Positions 27,953 to 41,214 of a DNA stretch of 64,000 nt are shown here, in pieces; the first letter of the stretch is position 1; each line of letters starts with the position of its first letter. The stretch lies in assembly GCF_009914755.1 (NCBI RefSeq), contig NC_060926.1; one strand, given 5' to 3'. The notes under the pieces are model-generated. The model was given only the letters and a program-made list of their open reading frames with translations, did not search any database and was not told the origin of the DNA. The DNA comes from the human T2T-CHM13v2.0 reference genome, Homo sapiens. The position numbers and the translations under genes are program-made.

Positions 27953-30525
27953 TCTTTTGATAGTCTCTAATGAAGCTTTGGCTGAATGAGAATGAAACCA
28001 CGGTACTGAAAATAAGAGAGGTTTCCATCCTCCTAGAAAATGACTGTTCTGCAGCTATGTTAACAAGGAGCTACAAGAACCAGTTTTAAACTCATTCATC
28101 CATCACTGAAAATCAGCCTCTGTGAATACACTTTTACAAGCCAAATGATCAATTGCAGCCTTTTGTTTTTGAAAGTCTGACAATCAGAAATGTACTCATT
28201 CCAACAAACACACTACTCAATGCCAAATACTCAACAGTGACCACACCATACACAGATGTGATAAAACCACTTATACTTCTGAAAATCCACCAATCCCTGA
28301 ACTCCATGCTTCTCAAAACCTTACATACAATTAGTAGGTTTCTTTTTGGGGGGAGACTTCCTGACCAACAGAGATATGCCCTACTCTATTAAACAATAAT
28401 TTTACCTTTGTCTTTATATTCCACATACTGACAAACCCAGAATTACCAGATGATTATGAGACCACCACTCAATATCTGAAATAGAAAGGTAAAGATGAAT
28501 TTATTGATTTTTATAATAAGAGAGAGCTATGCTTATCAGGCATAACAGACTGCTGATAATATATAGTAATTTGAGGAAGCAAGGATTTCTTCCCATAAGA
28601 AGGCTATGGCTTTGACACAGACAAAGAAAAAACAGACAAAAAATAAGCGCCACTACTTTTCGTCAATAACATGAGCTTGCAAACAATGTCTCACATTCTC
28701 AAACCAAGCAGAGACTAGGAAGGGGCCATATGATGCAATAATGCTGGAATGCAGATTAAACAAAGGAGGCTTCTCCTTTTACAAACTGACTAAACAGGGA
28801 GGGTTCTCATGAAAGATTTATAGAGCATCCAGGGCAAAGTCTGACCACTTAACTTTTCATGAATTGGTCACCACTCTAACAAACCTGCAATCATTGGCCC
28901 TCAGAGCTGGATTGTATTAGAATGGTGGCTTATTCCTCCACTCACGCATGACCTATACAAGTTTCCCTTATATATTCGACAAAAAAAGAATGTCCAAGAA
29001 AAAGCAAAAAAAATAAAAATAAAAATAAAACCAGACTGTACTATACAGACAATGGCAAAAGCAAAACAAGCAGCGGGAGAGTAAAAAGGTTAATGGCAAA
29101 AGAAATAAAAAATAGAAAATAAAAATAAATCATCAAATGATATACTTTTAAGCCAAAAGGTCTAATAACCTTATACAGAGCCTAATTATTTATAATACCC
29201 AATAATGTACTTGTATAAATAACTATACAAAGATGAGGCTTAATTTTACCAAAATCTTGGTACAACACTATAAAAAGCCCTGTTTGGTTACAAATCCTGG
29301 GATAAATTCAGCAAAAAGTAAATTCGGCAAAAAGAGCTCAGTGGAACTTGTTGTAACTCAGATTGTTGTTCAAAGTAACTGGTCTGGCCCAAAATATAGA
29401 GTATGAGCAGAAGGGGCCCACTGAGGACACCTGTTGCTCTGAGCATCCTCTGTAATCCTGCTAAGGCAAGGTCTTTGAAACAGTCTCAAGTAGAACCATG
29501 TAGGATCTAGTACAGTTCTAATAAAACTGTTGCTGTAAGAACCTAAGAAAGAAATGGTGCCTTTGTCTGCTCTTACACTGAGATGATGAAATATTTCACT
29601 GGGTTTTAAGAACCCTGACCCTCAATCTAGTTTCTAGGAAATAGATTTTCTCCTTTCTGGTCACTCTGCTATAATAAAATAATAAATATAGTATAATAAA
29701 TATAATATAAAAGTTAATCACAGACCATATCATGAGGCTACCCAGATCTCATAGCACATTTCTTGGGAAGCATTTCAGTGCTTAATTTATATAATTGTTT
29801 TTAAAACATTTATTGAATGATAATTATGTCCCAGACATAGTATTGTGTGTTAGATATTCAGCAATATTTGTCCATCTATCGTTCACCATTTGTCTGTGAT
29901 TAGACTATGTACTTAGAAAGCTCTAAAATTAGCTCTTAATATTGTCTTCAATGTTTTATCAATTAAACCTCAAAATATAAAATTGTAAGCTTTTCTTATA
30001 TTATTCACATATTTACATATAAAGAGTAGAAAAGTCTGGCATCCTGACTTTTTGAAAAAAAAAAAAGATGCTAAAAGAAAAAAAAAGTTATTTGATGCTT
30101 TACTTTGCCATTAAAACGTCCAATTGGAGTAGAGAAAAAACAACCTAAAACATTAATAAGGCCATTTTTAGTACCTACATTTACATGATAGTCATATTAA
30201 TGAAGTAATTTCGTTACTAAAATAAAATAATTTTCTTCCATAATGACACAAGCATCTACCAAATTATTTAACCCCAAAATTCAGATCACTCTTAATTTTC
30301 TCATTCACTTCTAATCTATCAGTTAGTCTGTTCTGCCTGCCTACTACAGTCCCCAAATGTATCCCAAATCTACCCCCTCATTTCCACTGCACAGGTAGTT
30401 CCCTATAATTTGCCCTGATTATTATCACAGCCTACCAAATCTTCTCAGTTTTTCTATTCCTGCCTTTCTATAATCCACTTCCCAACAAGCAGCCAAAAAG
30501 ATCACTTTAAAATATACACCATATA

Positions 30526-31905
30526 TGCAAAAACAGACACAAAGAGCAATGGAAGAGAACAGAGAACCCAAAAATAAGACTGCACACCTACAGCTATCTG
30601 ATCTTTGACAAACCTGGCAAAAACAAAAAAATGGGGGAAGGAGTCCCTATTCAATAAATGGTGCTGGGATAACTGGTTAGCCATATACAGAAGATTGAAA
30701 CTACACCTCTTCCTTACACCATATTAAAAAAATTAACTCAAGATGCGTTAAAGACTTAAATGTAAAACCCAAAACAATAAAAACCCTGGAATACAACCCA
30801 GGTGATACCATTTTGGACATATGAAAAGGCAAAGATTTCGTGATGAAGACACCAAAAGCAATTGCAACGAAAGCGAAAATGGACAAATGGGGTCTAGTTA
30901 AACTAAAGAACTTCCGCACAGCAAAGGAAGCTATCAACAAAATAAACAGACAACCTACAGAATGGGAGCAAATGTTTGCAAACACTGCCTCTGACAAAGG
31001 TCCACCATCTATAAGGAACTTAAGCAAATTTACGAGAAAAAAAAATCCCATTAAAAAGTGGGCAAAAGAAATGAACAGACACTTTCAAAAGAAGATATAT
31101 GTGGCCAAAAGGCACATGAAAGAAAAAACTCAACATCACTGATCATTAGAGAAATGCACATCAAAGCCACAATGAGATATCATCTCACACCAGTCAGTAT
31201 GGCTACTATTAAGAAGTCAAAAAATAACAGATGCTGGCAAGGTGGCAGAGAAAAATGCATGCTTATACACAGATGGTGAAAGTGTAAATTGGTTCAACCA
31301 TTGTGGAAGACAGTATGGCGATTCCTCAAAGACCTAAAAACAGAAATATGATTTGACCCAGCAATTCCACTACTGAGTATATGTCCAGTGGAATATAAAT
31401 CGTTCTGTTATAAAGACATATCATGCACACACGTGTTCATTGCAGCACTATTCACAGTAGCAAGACAGGGAATCAACTTAAATGACCATCAGTGGTAGAT
31501 TGGATAAAGAAAAATGTGGAACATATACACCATGGAATACTACACAGCCCCGCCCCCCCCCCCCCCAAAAAAAAGAACAATCCATATCCTTTGCAGGAAC
31601 ACGGATGGAGCTAGAGGCCATTATCCTCAGCAAAATAACTCAGAAACAGAAAACCAAACCCTGCATGGCCTCACTTATAAGTGGGAGCTAAACAATGAGA
31701 ACATAGGGACACATAGAGGGGGACAACACACACTGGGGCCTATTGGAGGGTGGAGGGAGGGAGGAGGGAGAGGATCAGGAAAAATATCTAATAGGTACCA
31801 GGCTTAATACCTGGGTGACAAAATAATCTGTACATCAAATCCCTCTGACACAAGTTTACCTGTATAACAAACCTGTGCATATACCCCTGAACTTAACACA
31901 CACAC
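30526..31905 (+). mobile_element. L1PA13-like (L1PA11-15), 5'-truncated; tail converted to (AC)n
   Basis: ORF2 C-terminal peptides (ORFs 30840-31142, 31058-31279); 3' UTR ggagaggatcaggaaaaat...tacccctgaactta; TSD acaccatata (30516-30525 / 31906-31915). Confidence 0.88.
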
Positions 31906-31941
31906 ACACCATATAACATCCCAGCTTACGACCCTCTAGTG

Positions 31942-32268
<327 letters not shown>

Positions 32269-33411
32269 TTAGAACAAAATCCAAACCACTGATCATGACC
32301 TATCATGGTTGTTCTAATTTGTCGACACTATTTCTTACGTCTTCTTCCTCATGCAACACAATCCTGCCTCACTGGCTTTTTTCTATTTCTGGAAAACATC
32401 AAACCTTTACTTGTCTTAGGGCTTCCGTACCTATCATTCCACTTGATGGAATTGACTCCTTCACTTCTCATACAGAAGGTTTCTATAGTCAATCAAATCT
32501 TAGAATAAGTGTCACCTATTCAGACAGGACTTTCCTATCTACCCATAGTCTCTTCACATCGCTCAGCTTTATATGCCAAGCATAAATTCTTCATAGCACT
32601 TACAAAATATGACATTACATTCTTGAATAATTTATTTATTTTGCTCCTTTATTGTCTTTCTCATTCCTTAGAATATAAACCCTAAAAATGTGTGACTGTC
32701 TTACTCACTTATGTAACCTCAGCACTTACAACAGTGCCTGGCAGATAGGAGATCAATAAATACGTGTTGAGCAAATACAGTTATGCTGAATCAACTCATG
32801 AAACCATGCATGTGGATGGAGAACAGGTTCAGGTTCAGAGGAGTCAGAAAAACTTCTTACATGTATGAATTGCAGAGCCTCAAAGACGCAATGGCTGGAT
32901 TCCCATTTCTTGCCTTTATTATAGTTCTTTCTTGGCATCCTCCAAAGTGGTATTTAGGTTTGGTTTATCTAGGATTATTTGATATCTTCTCCTTTAGAGG
33001 TCATACCAATTTCTAGATCATTATTGTCTAGAGACAAAAGAGACCCGTACATGCCCCAGAAGTGCATCTTCTTCAGTGACTTTAATACAATCTTTAACTA
33101 AGAATACTTGTTAGTCATATTTTAGTAAGTCAGGAAGCACTTGAAGACCAGCATGCTTTCTAAGTCTTGGAATGGTAGAGGTAGAAACACAAGGCTCTTG
33201 AAAACTCTTAGAATTTCATGCCAGTGTGTCATTTATCTCCCCTGACAAGCTCTTACCATTCCTTTTTGCATCAATATAAGGCAGGGTTCATCATGTTATT
33301 TTTGAAATTATATTGCTCATCTACAGTGTTGTCATAATATTATTTTTATATCATCATATCTTCACTACATAGATCTTGGCCTTTAATTTGTATAAAGGTA
33401 TGTGATATGTA

Positions 33412-33650
33412 CAGAGTAGCATAGTAGTGAAAAATGAATAAACTTAAAGCTAGAAAGGAGTGGGTTCAAATTCTGCCCCCACCTGTCACTAGCTATATGA
33501 ACTTGGGAAAATCTCATAACTATCTCTCTGAGCCTCTTTTCTCACAGTAATACTTAGAGTATTTCACAACATTGTTATAAGTAATAAATTTTCTACAAAA
33601 TATGTTCATTATAATGCCTGACACATCATAGAAACAATATAAGTGTAATT
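33412..33650 (+). mobile_element. MIR
   Basis: gggttcaaattctgccccc...cactagctatatgaacttgggaaa...tctctgagcctc...aatgcctgacacat. Confidence 0.75.
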
Positions 33651-33971
33651 TACTTCTTAAAGCTTCTGTTGTCTATCCTAATGGCAAGTCACCTTGAATG
33701 TTTTGGGATCATTGATAGGGCAAACAAAATATATTTTGAAAATAAGAAATATAATCTTTTAAATAAAAATATAGAAGTATAAATGTAGAAAAATAATATA
33801 CAGATAATAGAATCTCTGGAAGACCAAGCATTGTGAATAAAATTATAGATATTAAGTTGGCTTTGAAAGAACTGGCACAGCTGGGAGGCCGTTCCTGGAG
33901 AAGAGGTCAGGCACAACATCCACCAGAGGAGTCAGCCCTCTCTAAGAAGGATTCCACAAGGAGGGCCAAGC

Positions 33972-34272
<301 letters not shown>

Positions 34273-34284
34273 GGAGGGCCAAGT

Positions 34285-34970
34285 TTTTAACTTTCTATTT
34301 TGGAATAGTTTAAGCATAAAATTTACAAAATAGGAAGTATCCTTGTACCCTTTACCACTATTTTCAACATTTTTCCACATTTACTTTCTTTCTTCTCTCT
34401 CTCTTCCTCCATGTATAATTGTTTTCTGAACTATTTGAGAATAACTTCCAGAAATTTTCCCCATTTGCTTCTCTAAGTGCTTCCATGTAACTTTTCTAAC
34501 AACAAAGATGTCCTTTTACATGATCATAACATAATTATCAAAGACAGGAAGGTAACTTTTTTTTTTTTTTTTTTTTGAGACGGAGTCTTGCTCTGTCACC
34601 CAGGCTTAAGTGCATTGGCACTATCTCGGCTCACTGCAACCCCCGCCTCCCAGGTTCAAGCAATTTTCCTGCCTCAGTTCACTGAGTAGCTGGGATTACA
34701 GGTGCAGAGAGTAACTTTGATACGATAGTGCGACCAATCTATAGGCCTTTTTCAGAGCTCTCTGATTGCTCCCTTTGTACCCATAAGCAAAAGACAATCC
34801 TGGATTATTCAGTTGTCCTATCTGTTTAGTCTCCTTTATCTGTAACATTCTCTGCCTTTCTTGGTCTTTCATGTTACTGATAATTTCCAAGGGTACAGAT
34901 CAGTTATTTTTGAAGAATGCCTCTGAATTTAGGCTTGTCTGCTGGTTCCTCATGATCAGATGAAATGATG
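34285..34970 (-). mobile_element. L1MC-type 3' UTR fragment
   Basis: ttttctgaactatttgaga...catgatcataacataattatcaaa...ttcagttgtcctatctgtttagtctcctt. Confidence 0.6.
34557..34705 (-). mobile_element. 5'-truncated AluS, right arm only
   Basis: T tail plus right monomer; TSD core gtaacttt on both sides. Confidence 0.88.
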
Positions 34971-36385
34971 AATGTGCAATCTCCCATGGCAAAGAACACA
35001 TACATACCCACTAGACTAGAAATTAATAATAAATATTTTACTTTATTTGAAAAATAAACTATGGAAGAAAACATGAGTGCTCATCAATGAAAGAAGAAGG
35101 CAGCAGACTATTTTAATTCATTTTATCCTGGTCATGATTGGCTTAGGAGCTTCAGAGGACACAATGGCCCTGGAGGGCTTGCAATTATAACAGAAATAAG
35201 GATTAAATGAATTGAAATGAGTATTTATAAAGGTAGAAAAGGAAATTAGTACTTACGTTTTCTTTCATGTTTTTGTTAATTAAAGCAAAACATTTACGCT
35301 AAGTTCTAGTCCAGCACGTAGATGTACGTTGTTTACCCTGGGAGAATACACAGCCTAGACCACTCATCACCCCAAAGTGTCCTGTGAGATGGAAACTGAT
35401 TTGTAACTCCAGTTTACTAGACTTCAGATTTGGAGTGTTTTTTCTCATCTGCTCTTGCTGGGCTTCCTATGGCTTCCGAAGTGTTACATGTAGAAAACTG
35501 CTTTCCAGGAAGCCCTCCCAATAGGGAGCAATTAGGATCAGTTGATTTCATTCACAGCACATTGGGGCCCACTGCAATTAAGACTTTAGAGATTTGGTCA
35601 CTAATGTGGCCAACTTTTTGCAATGAAAGTTGAAAAAAGGGCTATTATAAGGATTTCTCTGTGCACTAAAAGCTTAGAGAATAGAAAAAACATGTAGAAA
35701 CTGCAGCATCTTTAAAAACAAGACAGTTGCATTTTTTAAAAATACATGAAGAAATTGGAAGACAACAGAATCCCAGCTGAGGCAATCATTACATTCTATG
35801 GATATTCAGTCTAAAGCATTTAAATTTAACAATTAAAAAGACAAGGGGGAAGAAGGTAATGTTCCATTTTGGTACTTTAAACCTGTTGTTTATGTTTCAC
35901 TGAGTGAGTTCTCAAAATTTTCAGCTGTTCTGCTTAAAACCAGAGGCACAAATATTTGAGATCTGGAAAAAGATTACGAATCAAGACAAACGCTCAAATT
36001 GTTTTAAAGAAACAGGAAACATCTCAAAATTTCAGTGAAAGGAGATGGGAAAAAAACATTGTAAGCCGTGATTCAAACCATGAAACATACATCAATTTAT
36101 CAGAAAATATGGTATTACCAAAAGGAAAACTCAATGATGCTATTCTTTGAAAGAATCATCCAAAATTTATCTTGCAAAAGAAGACTAACATCTACCTCTA
36201 TTTCTTTCAAGTAAATTCTCTTCATTAGCTCCACCAAATCTCAGAAACCTGTATTATAAATATTTTCTTATACATAAATTTTTGAGCCCAGACACTGAAT
36301 GTTTTTTAAATTATAATATTAAATGTATGAAGGAAACACAATGAAAATCTAGGCATTCAGTCTCACCAATAAGGTAACACTTTCC

Positions 36386-37461
36386 TGTTACAGGAAGTCA
36401 GGGACCCCAAACGGAGGGACCAGCTGAAGCCATGACAGAAGAACGTGGATTATGAAGATTTTATGGACATTTATTAGTTCCCCAAATTAATACTTTTGTA
36501 ATTTCTTATGCCTGTCTTTACTGCAATCTCTAAAAATAAATTGTAAAGATTTCATGGACACTTACCACTTCCCCAATCAATACCCTTGTGATTTCCTATG
36601 CCTGTCTTTGCTTTAATCTCTTAATCCTGTCAGCCGAGAAGGATGTATATCGTCTCAGGACCCTGTAATAATTGCGTTAACTACACAAATTGTACAGCAT
36701 GTGTGTTTGAGCAATATGAAATGTGGGCACCCTGAAAAAAGAACAGGATAACAGCAATTGTTCAGGGAATAAGAGAGATAACCTTAAACTCTGACCGCTG
36801 GTGAGCCAGGCAGAACAGAGCCATATTTGTCTTCTTTCAAAAGCAAATGGGAGAAATATCGCTGAATTCTTTTTCTCAGCATGGAGCGTCCCTGAGAAAG
36901 AGAATGCGCACCTAGGGGTAGGTCTCTGAACTGGCCCCCACCCCCCCAGGGCGTACCTGTCTCTTATGGTCGAGATTGCAGAGGTGAAATAAACTCCAGT
37001 CTCCCATAGCGCTCCTAGGCTTATTAGGAAGAGGAAATTCCCACCTAATAAATTTTGGTCAGACCGGTTGATCTCAAAACCCTGTCTCCTGATAAGATGT
37101 TATCAATGACAATGGTGCCCGAAACTTCATTAGCAATTTTAATTTGGCCTGGGTCCTGTGGTCCTGTGATCTTGCCCTGCCTCCACTTGCCTTGTGATAT
37201 TCTATTACCTTGTTAAGTACTTGACGTCTGTCACCCACACCTATTTGCACACTCCCTCCCCTTTTGAAAATCCCTAATAAAAACTTGCTGGTTTTTGTGG
37301 CTGGTGGGGCATCACGGATCCTACCAACGTGTGATGTCTCCCATGGACACCTTGCTTTAAAATTTATCTCTTTTGTACTCTGTCCCTTTATTTCTGAAGC
37401 CAGCTGACGATTAGGAAAATAGAAAAGAACCTACGTGATTATCGGGGCAGGTCCCCCGATA
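36386..37461 (+). mobile_element. MER11 (MER11C-like; HERV-K11/HML-8) solo LTR, complete, 1076 bp
   Basis: Starts tgttacaggaagtcagggaccccaaacggagggacc; ends gaacctacgtgattatcggggcaggtcccccgata; perfect 6-bp TSD ctttcc (36380-36385 / 37462-37467); AATAAA at 37276. Confidence 0.93.
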
Positions 37462-37493
37462 CTTTCCCTTTCATATATTCAGTACAGCATTAA

Positions 37494-38052
37494 TGCCGGG
37501 TGAGGTATCAGGGCCCCGGCATTGCAAAGAGGTTGACTTGCAGGTTGGTAAGAATAATTTATTGATGACAGTATAGGTTTGAAAAGGAAAGTTTTATTAG
37601 ATAGAAAGTATGCTGCAGAAGAGTGCAGGGTACCTCAGCAAAAGAGGAATGTATGTGCTGTGGTGGGTTTTCCTTAGGAACATTTATGGACCTTAAAGGG
37701 GGAGCTTAACGGTACTTTGGACCATATTACCCATGTAGATCATGATAAAGGATTATATGGGTAGACATTTTATTGCCTTAATTAGCCATGTAGATCATGA
37801 TAAAGGATTATATTTGTAGACATTTTGGTGCCTTAATGTCAGCAAGGGTTGTACAAAGAGTTTGGGCATGCATGCATTCCGGAGATGTACAGAAATTCTA
37901 GTTACTTATAAGTTTCTTTTTGGAAAGAGGACTGGAACCAGATGCTGACTTTAGATAATAAGGAAATCTAATTACTTATAAATTCCCCAGATAAGGAGTT
38001 TTGTCTCTGTCTGGCCTGTTTGATGATCACCAGGTGATCTTTGCTCTCCTCA
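37494..38052 (-). mobile_element. Solo LTR, probably ERVL class (LTR47-like; family uncertain), 559 bp
   Basis: TG...CA termini; perfect 5-bp TSD attaa (37489-37493 / 38053-38057); minus-strand AATAAA at 37593-37598. Confidence 0.75.
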
Positions 38053-38399
38053 ATTAATAACAAAAAATATATGTTAGGCACATTACCTCACAGTAGACAA
38101 TATATAAATAACAAATAAATGTGGCATGATTCCTATTTATTGGTAAACTATAAAAGAAAAAACAAGTACATAAAATTCTGCTCTCTATTTATATTCAAGT
38201 CCTGGTCTGTGCCCACATTTCTCTGTCTACCATATGTACCCATCAAACTAAATGAAAGCAAATATCAGGAAAAAAACTAATAAAATCTTTATAGCAAAGA
38301 TAATATTAGCTCAATGTGCTCATTTTGGCTGTGTATGTTCTAATACTTGATAAATACAAAGAAAGTATTAAACATTTGAATAACTATAACTAGTGAGTA

Positions 38400-38760
38400 G
38401 CTCATAAGCCATTCACAAAAGTCCCTTAACCCTCACAGGCCATGCACTGTGATTGAGGCTGGGGATAAAATAGTGAACCATAAGATCAAGGACCTTACTT
38501 ATCACTTATCTTAAAGGTAGTAATAAGAACTATAAGAAAAATGAACCAGAATAAAATTAGAAGAACTGGCAAGTGAGAAGGAACAAGTAGTGTGTAGGTG
38601 GTCAGGGAAAGCCCTTCTGAGGTGACAAATTAGGTTAAAAGCTGACTGATGAGAGGCCCCAGCCGTGAAATGACTTGAGAGCAGAGCATTCCTGATAGAG
38701 AGAAAGGCAGATGCAAAGGTGTGGCTTGTTGGAGGAAGAGAAAGAAGGGCAGCATGGTTT
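38400..38760 (-). mobile_element. L2 fragment
   Basis: gaggctggggataaaatagtgaac; ggtcagggaaagcccttctgaggtgaca; agagcattcctgatagagagaaaggcagatgcaaagg. Confidence 0.65.
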
Positions 38761-41004
38761 ACTTTGGTGAACACACACCTCTGAACTCATTGGTGCATGC
38801 CTTCTGTCAATCCAATCAAAACAACCTAAACAGCTCAATCTGATCAGTAGCTACAGACACAATTCACTTTAGGGTTCCTTCCCCTTGGGATACAACATGG
38901 TTTCAGGATGGGAAACTTGGTCTAGAAAAGGTTTACTGGATAACCATGGTCCTTTATGATAAAACTCTGCTTATTCCTCTTTAGAGGGCTTATAGGCTGT
39001 CTTTAAATCTTGACTCTTAAAATAGTATCTTTGTAAAAAGTTTGCAGAGATGAATATCAACACTTGGCATGCCATCTGCATAGAGCTAATTATGTACACT
39101 TGTTATTTGTCACTATAAGATATTTCAGAATGAAATGTGCGAACCATCTGCCAACAACTTTATTCATATTTCTTGGATCATCAACAAGAAAACTTATACT
39201 TCTTCCCCTGCCCCCAGGGAACACAAATTGTAATGTGCGCAAGGTGGGTAGATGAAAAATTCTAAAAATGGCTTTGGCATGTACCAGAAAATAGGAGGTA
39301 TTTTCAGTAGAATGTTCTAGAATCATTTGTATCTATCAGTCTGCTCTGTGTCCTTGATATAGTGTTATACAAATCAAACCTAACTCTCCAAGTGTCAGAC
39401 CGACACCAGTGCTTTTAGCATTGTTTACATGATTGTTGGGTAAGGAAGAACAAAGAATCTATGAGCTTAAAATAAGTTGCAGTTTGCCATTTGATTATGT
39501 AAATATGTGGTTACATGATCCCCAAATTCTCCAAATCACATTTTATGCACAAAGGCAAAACCAGCTTTTGTGTCTTGAAAAACAGGTGCACAATTATCCC
39601 TGCAAAGAAAAAGAGAGTCATTTGCAGTGATTTTTTGGGGAAATGATTGAGCAATTACAGACATACATACTAATTTTGTTTCACCCTCTGACCATCTTCT
39701 ATTTGCAAAATGCATAGGCTTTTTCTCTCTCCTTGATAAGAGAAAGAAGCTGCAGAAACAAAGATAAGGAAGTCGGACAATTTATGCTGCTGCCAGTGGA
39801 CATCAACCTGGCACTACTTGTTCAAGCATTTTTCAGTGAGTACTTGCCATGCCTGATCATTTAATAAAATACCTTGGTAGTTTAATTCATATCTTACTAA
39901 TATGACTTGCCTAAACACCCCCACAGAAATCCAGGGATTCAATATTTTTTGCAACATGTATAATTTTTAATTGCACTTTCTAGTAGTCAATCTGGAAATA
40001 AATTAAGAGGTGAAGGAAAAAGACTAAAACACCCTATATTTCGATTTGCAAATTCAACTCACTTTCTTGCTACCTGTGGTTTGCTCAATGCCAAAAGGGC
40101 CATATATTTGTTATAATATAAGATTATAACTTGGACAATTCTAGAAGGCAAAAAAGAAATGCCGTTCTTTACTACTTGGACTAGTTTCACCAGTTGAATA
40201 CTATTTTCACTACTTGAGCCACTTTCAATGTTTGAACTCTGAAAAATTTCCAGGATTGGAACTATAATACTATACAAAGTCAAATTTATATTTCCCAAAT
40301 TAAATTTTTAAAAATAAAGCTGGCCTAAATATATACATCTAAAATGTTTATACATACACATATATATGCATGCTTATCTGCCCGCACAGACACACACAGT
40401 CATCTTTATATCTATATTTTAAGGATCCGATGAAGAATCTCTAATTGTAGAAAACTATTTTGCATAATTCAAAATCACTGAAATGTCAATTACCTTTAAA
40501 AATTATCCCATTAAAACTACTCGGGAGATTTTTAACTATAATTTTATTCCAATAAATAATTTGATAGGGCTACTGGTAAACCATTAGAATAGAAAAACTT
40601 GGCATAAATGAGTTACAGTCAAATACTACAAATATCATAATATCAATAATAATATAGAAAAATATATCTGAATATTAATTCTAGATTGTACTAAATAATG
40701 ATAAATGTCCTGATGTAAAGGGTACATGAATCAATATTACTTGGAGAAAAGGCTCAAAGCATATACCATTATACCGCATCCTTGGCCATTCTGTTCATCA
40801 AGTCCGTGAATGCTTTGAATAAGAAAAAAGTGATTTGCTTATAATTTGCTAATAAAAAGAATCTGAGAAACAGCCAACACATGGGTGAGTTGAGATTAAA
40901 AATAGCAGCATGAAATGATGGGCCAAATTTATGAAAAATAAAATTATATAGATGAATATAGTCCAGATGTTATCAAAATTATGTGAGCACAAGCACAGGA
41001 TAGG

Positions 41005-41210
41005 GAAGATGGTCTGGCATCTTTGCTCTACCATTTACTCACTGCACGAACTGGAGCAAGTTGCTTAACCTCTTTGTGTTTCCATTTATTCATCCGTAAA
41101 ATGGGTATAATAAAAACAGTACTGATCTTTTATGAGTGTTGTCGGATTAAATGACCTTAAAGAATTATCAGTCACAGACTCAACTCTCAATGAATGTTAG
41201 TTAAATTACT
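41005..41210 (+). mobile_element. MIR
   Basis: gctctaccatttactcactg...gcaagttgcttaacctctttgtgtttccatttattcatccgtaaaatggg. Confidence 0.8.
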
Positions 41211-41214
41211 GTTG

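Noticed and set aside
36386-37461. CpG island or gene promoter
   Set aside because: CpG enrichment is confined to young repeats (MER11, Alus); there is no island-like unique sequence in the window.
40760-40830. Coding-looking minus-strand segment (FTDLMNRMAKDAV)
   Set aside because: AAG acceptor, poor donors and no recognisable protein.
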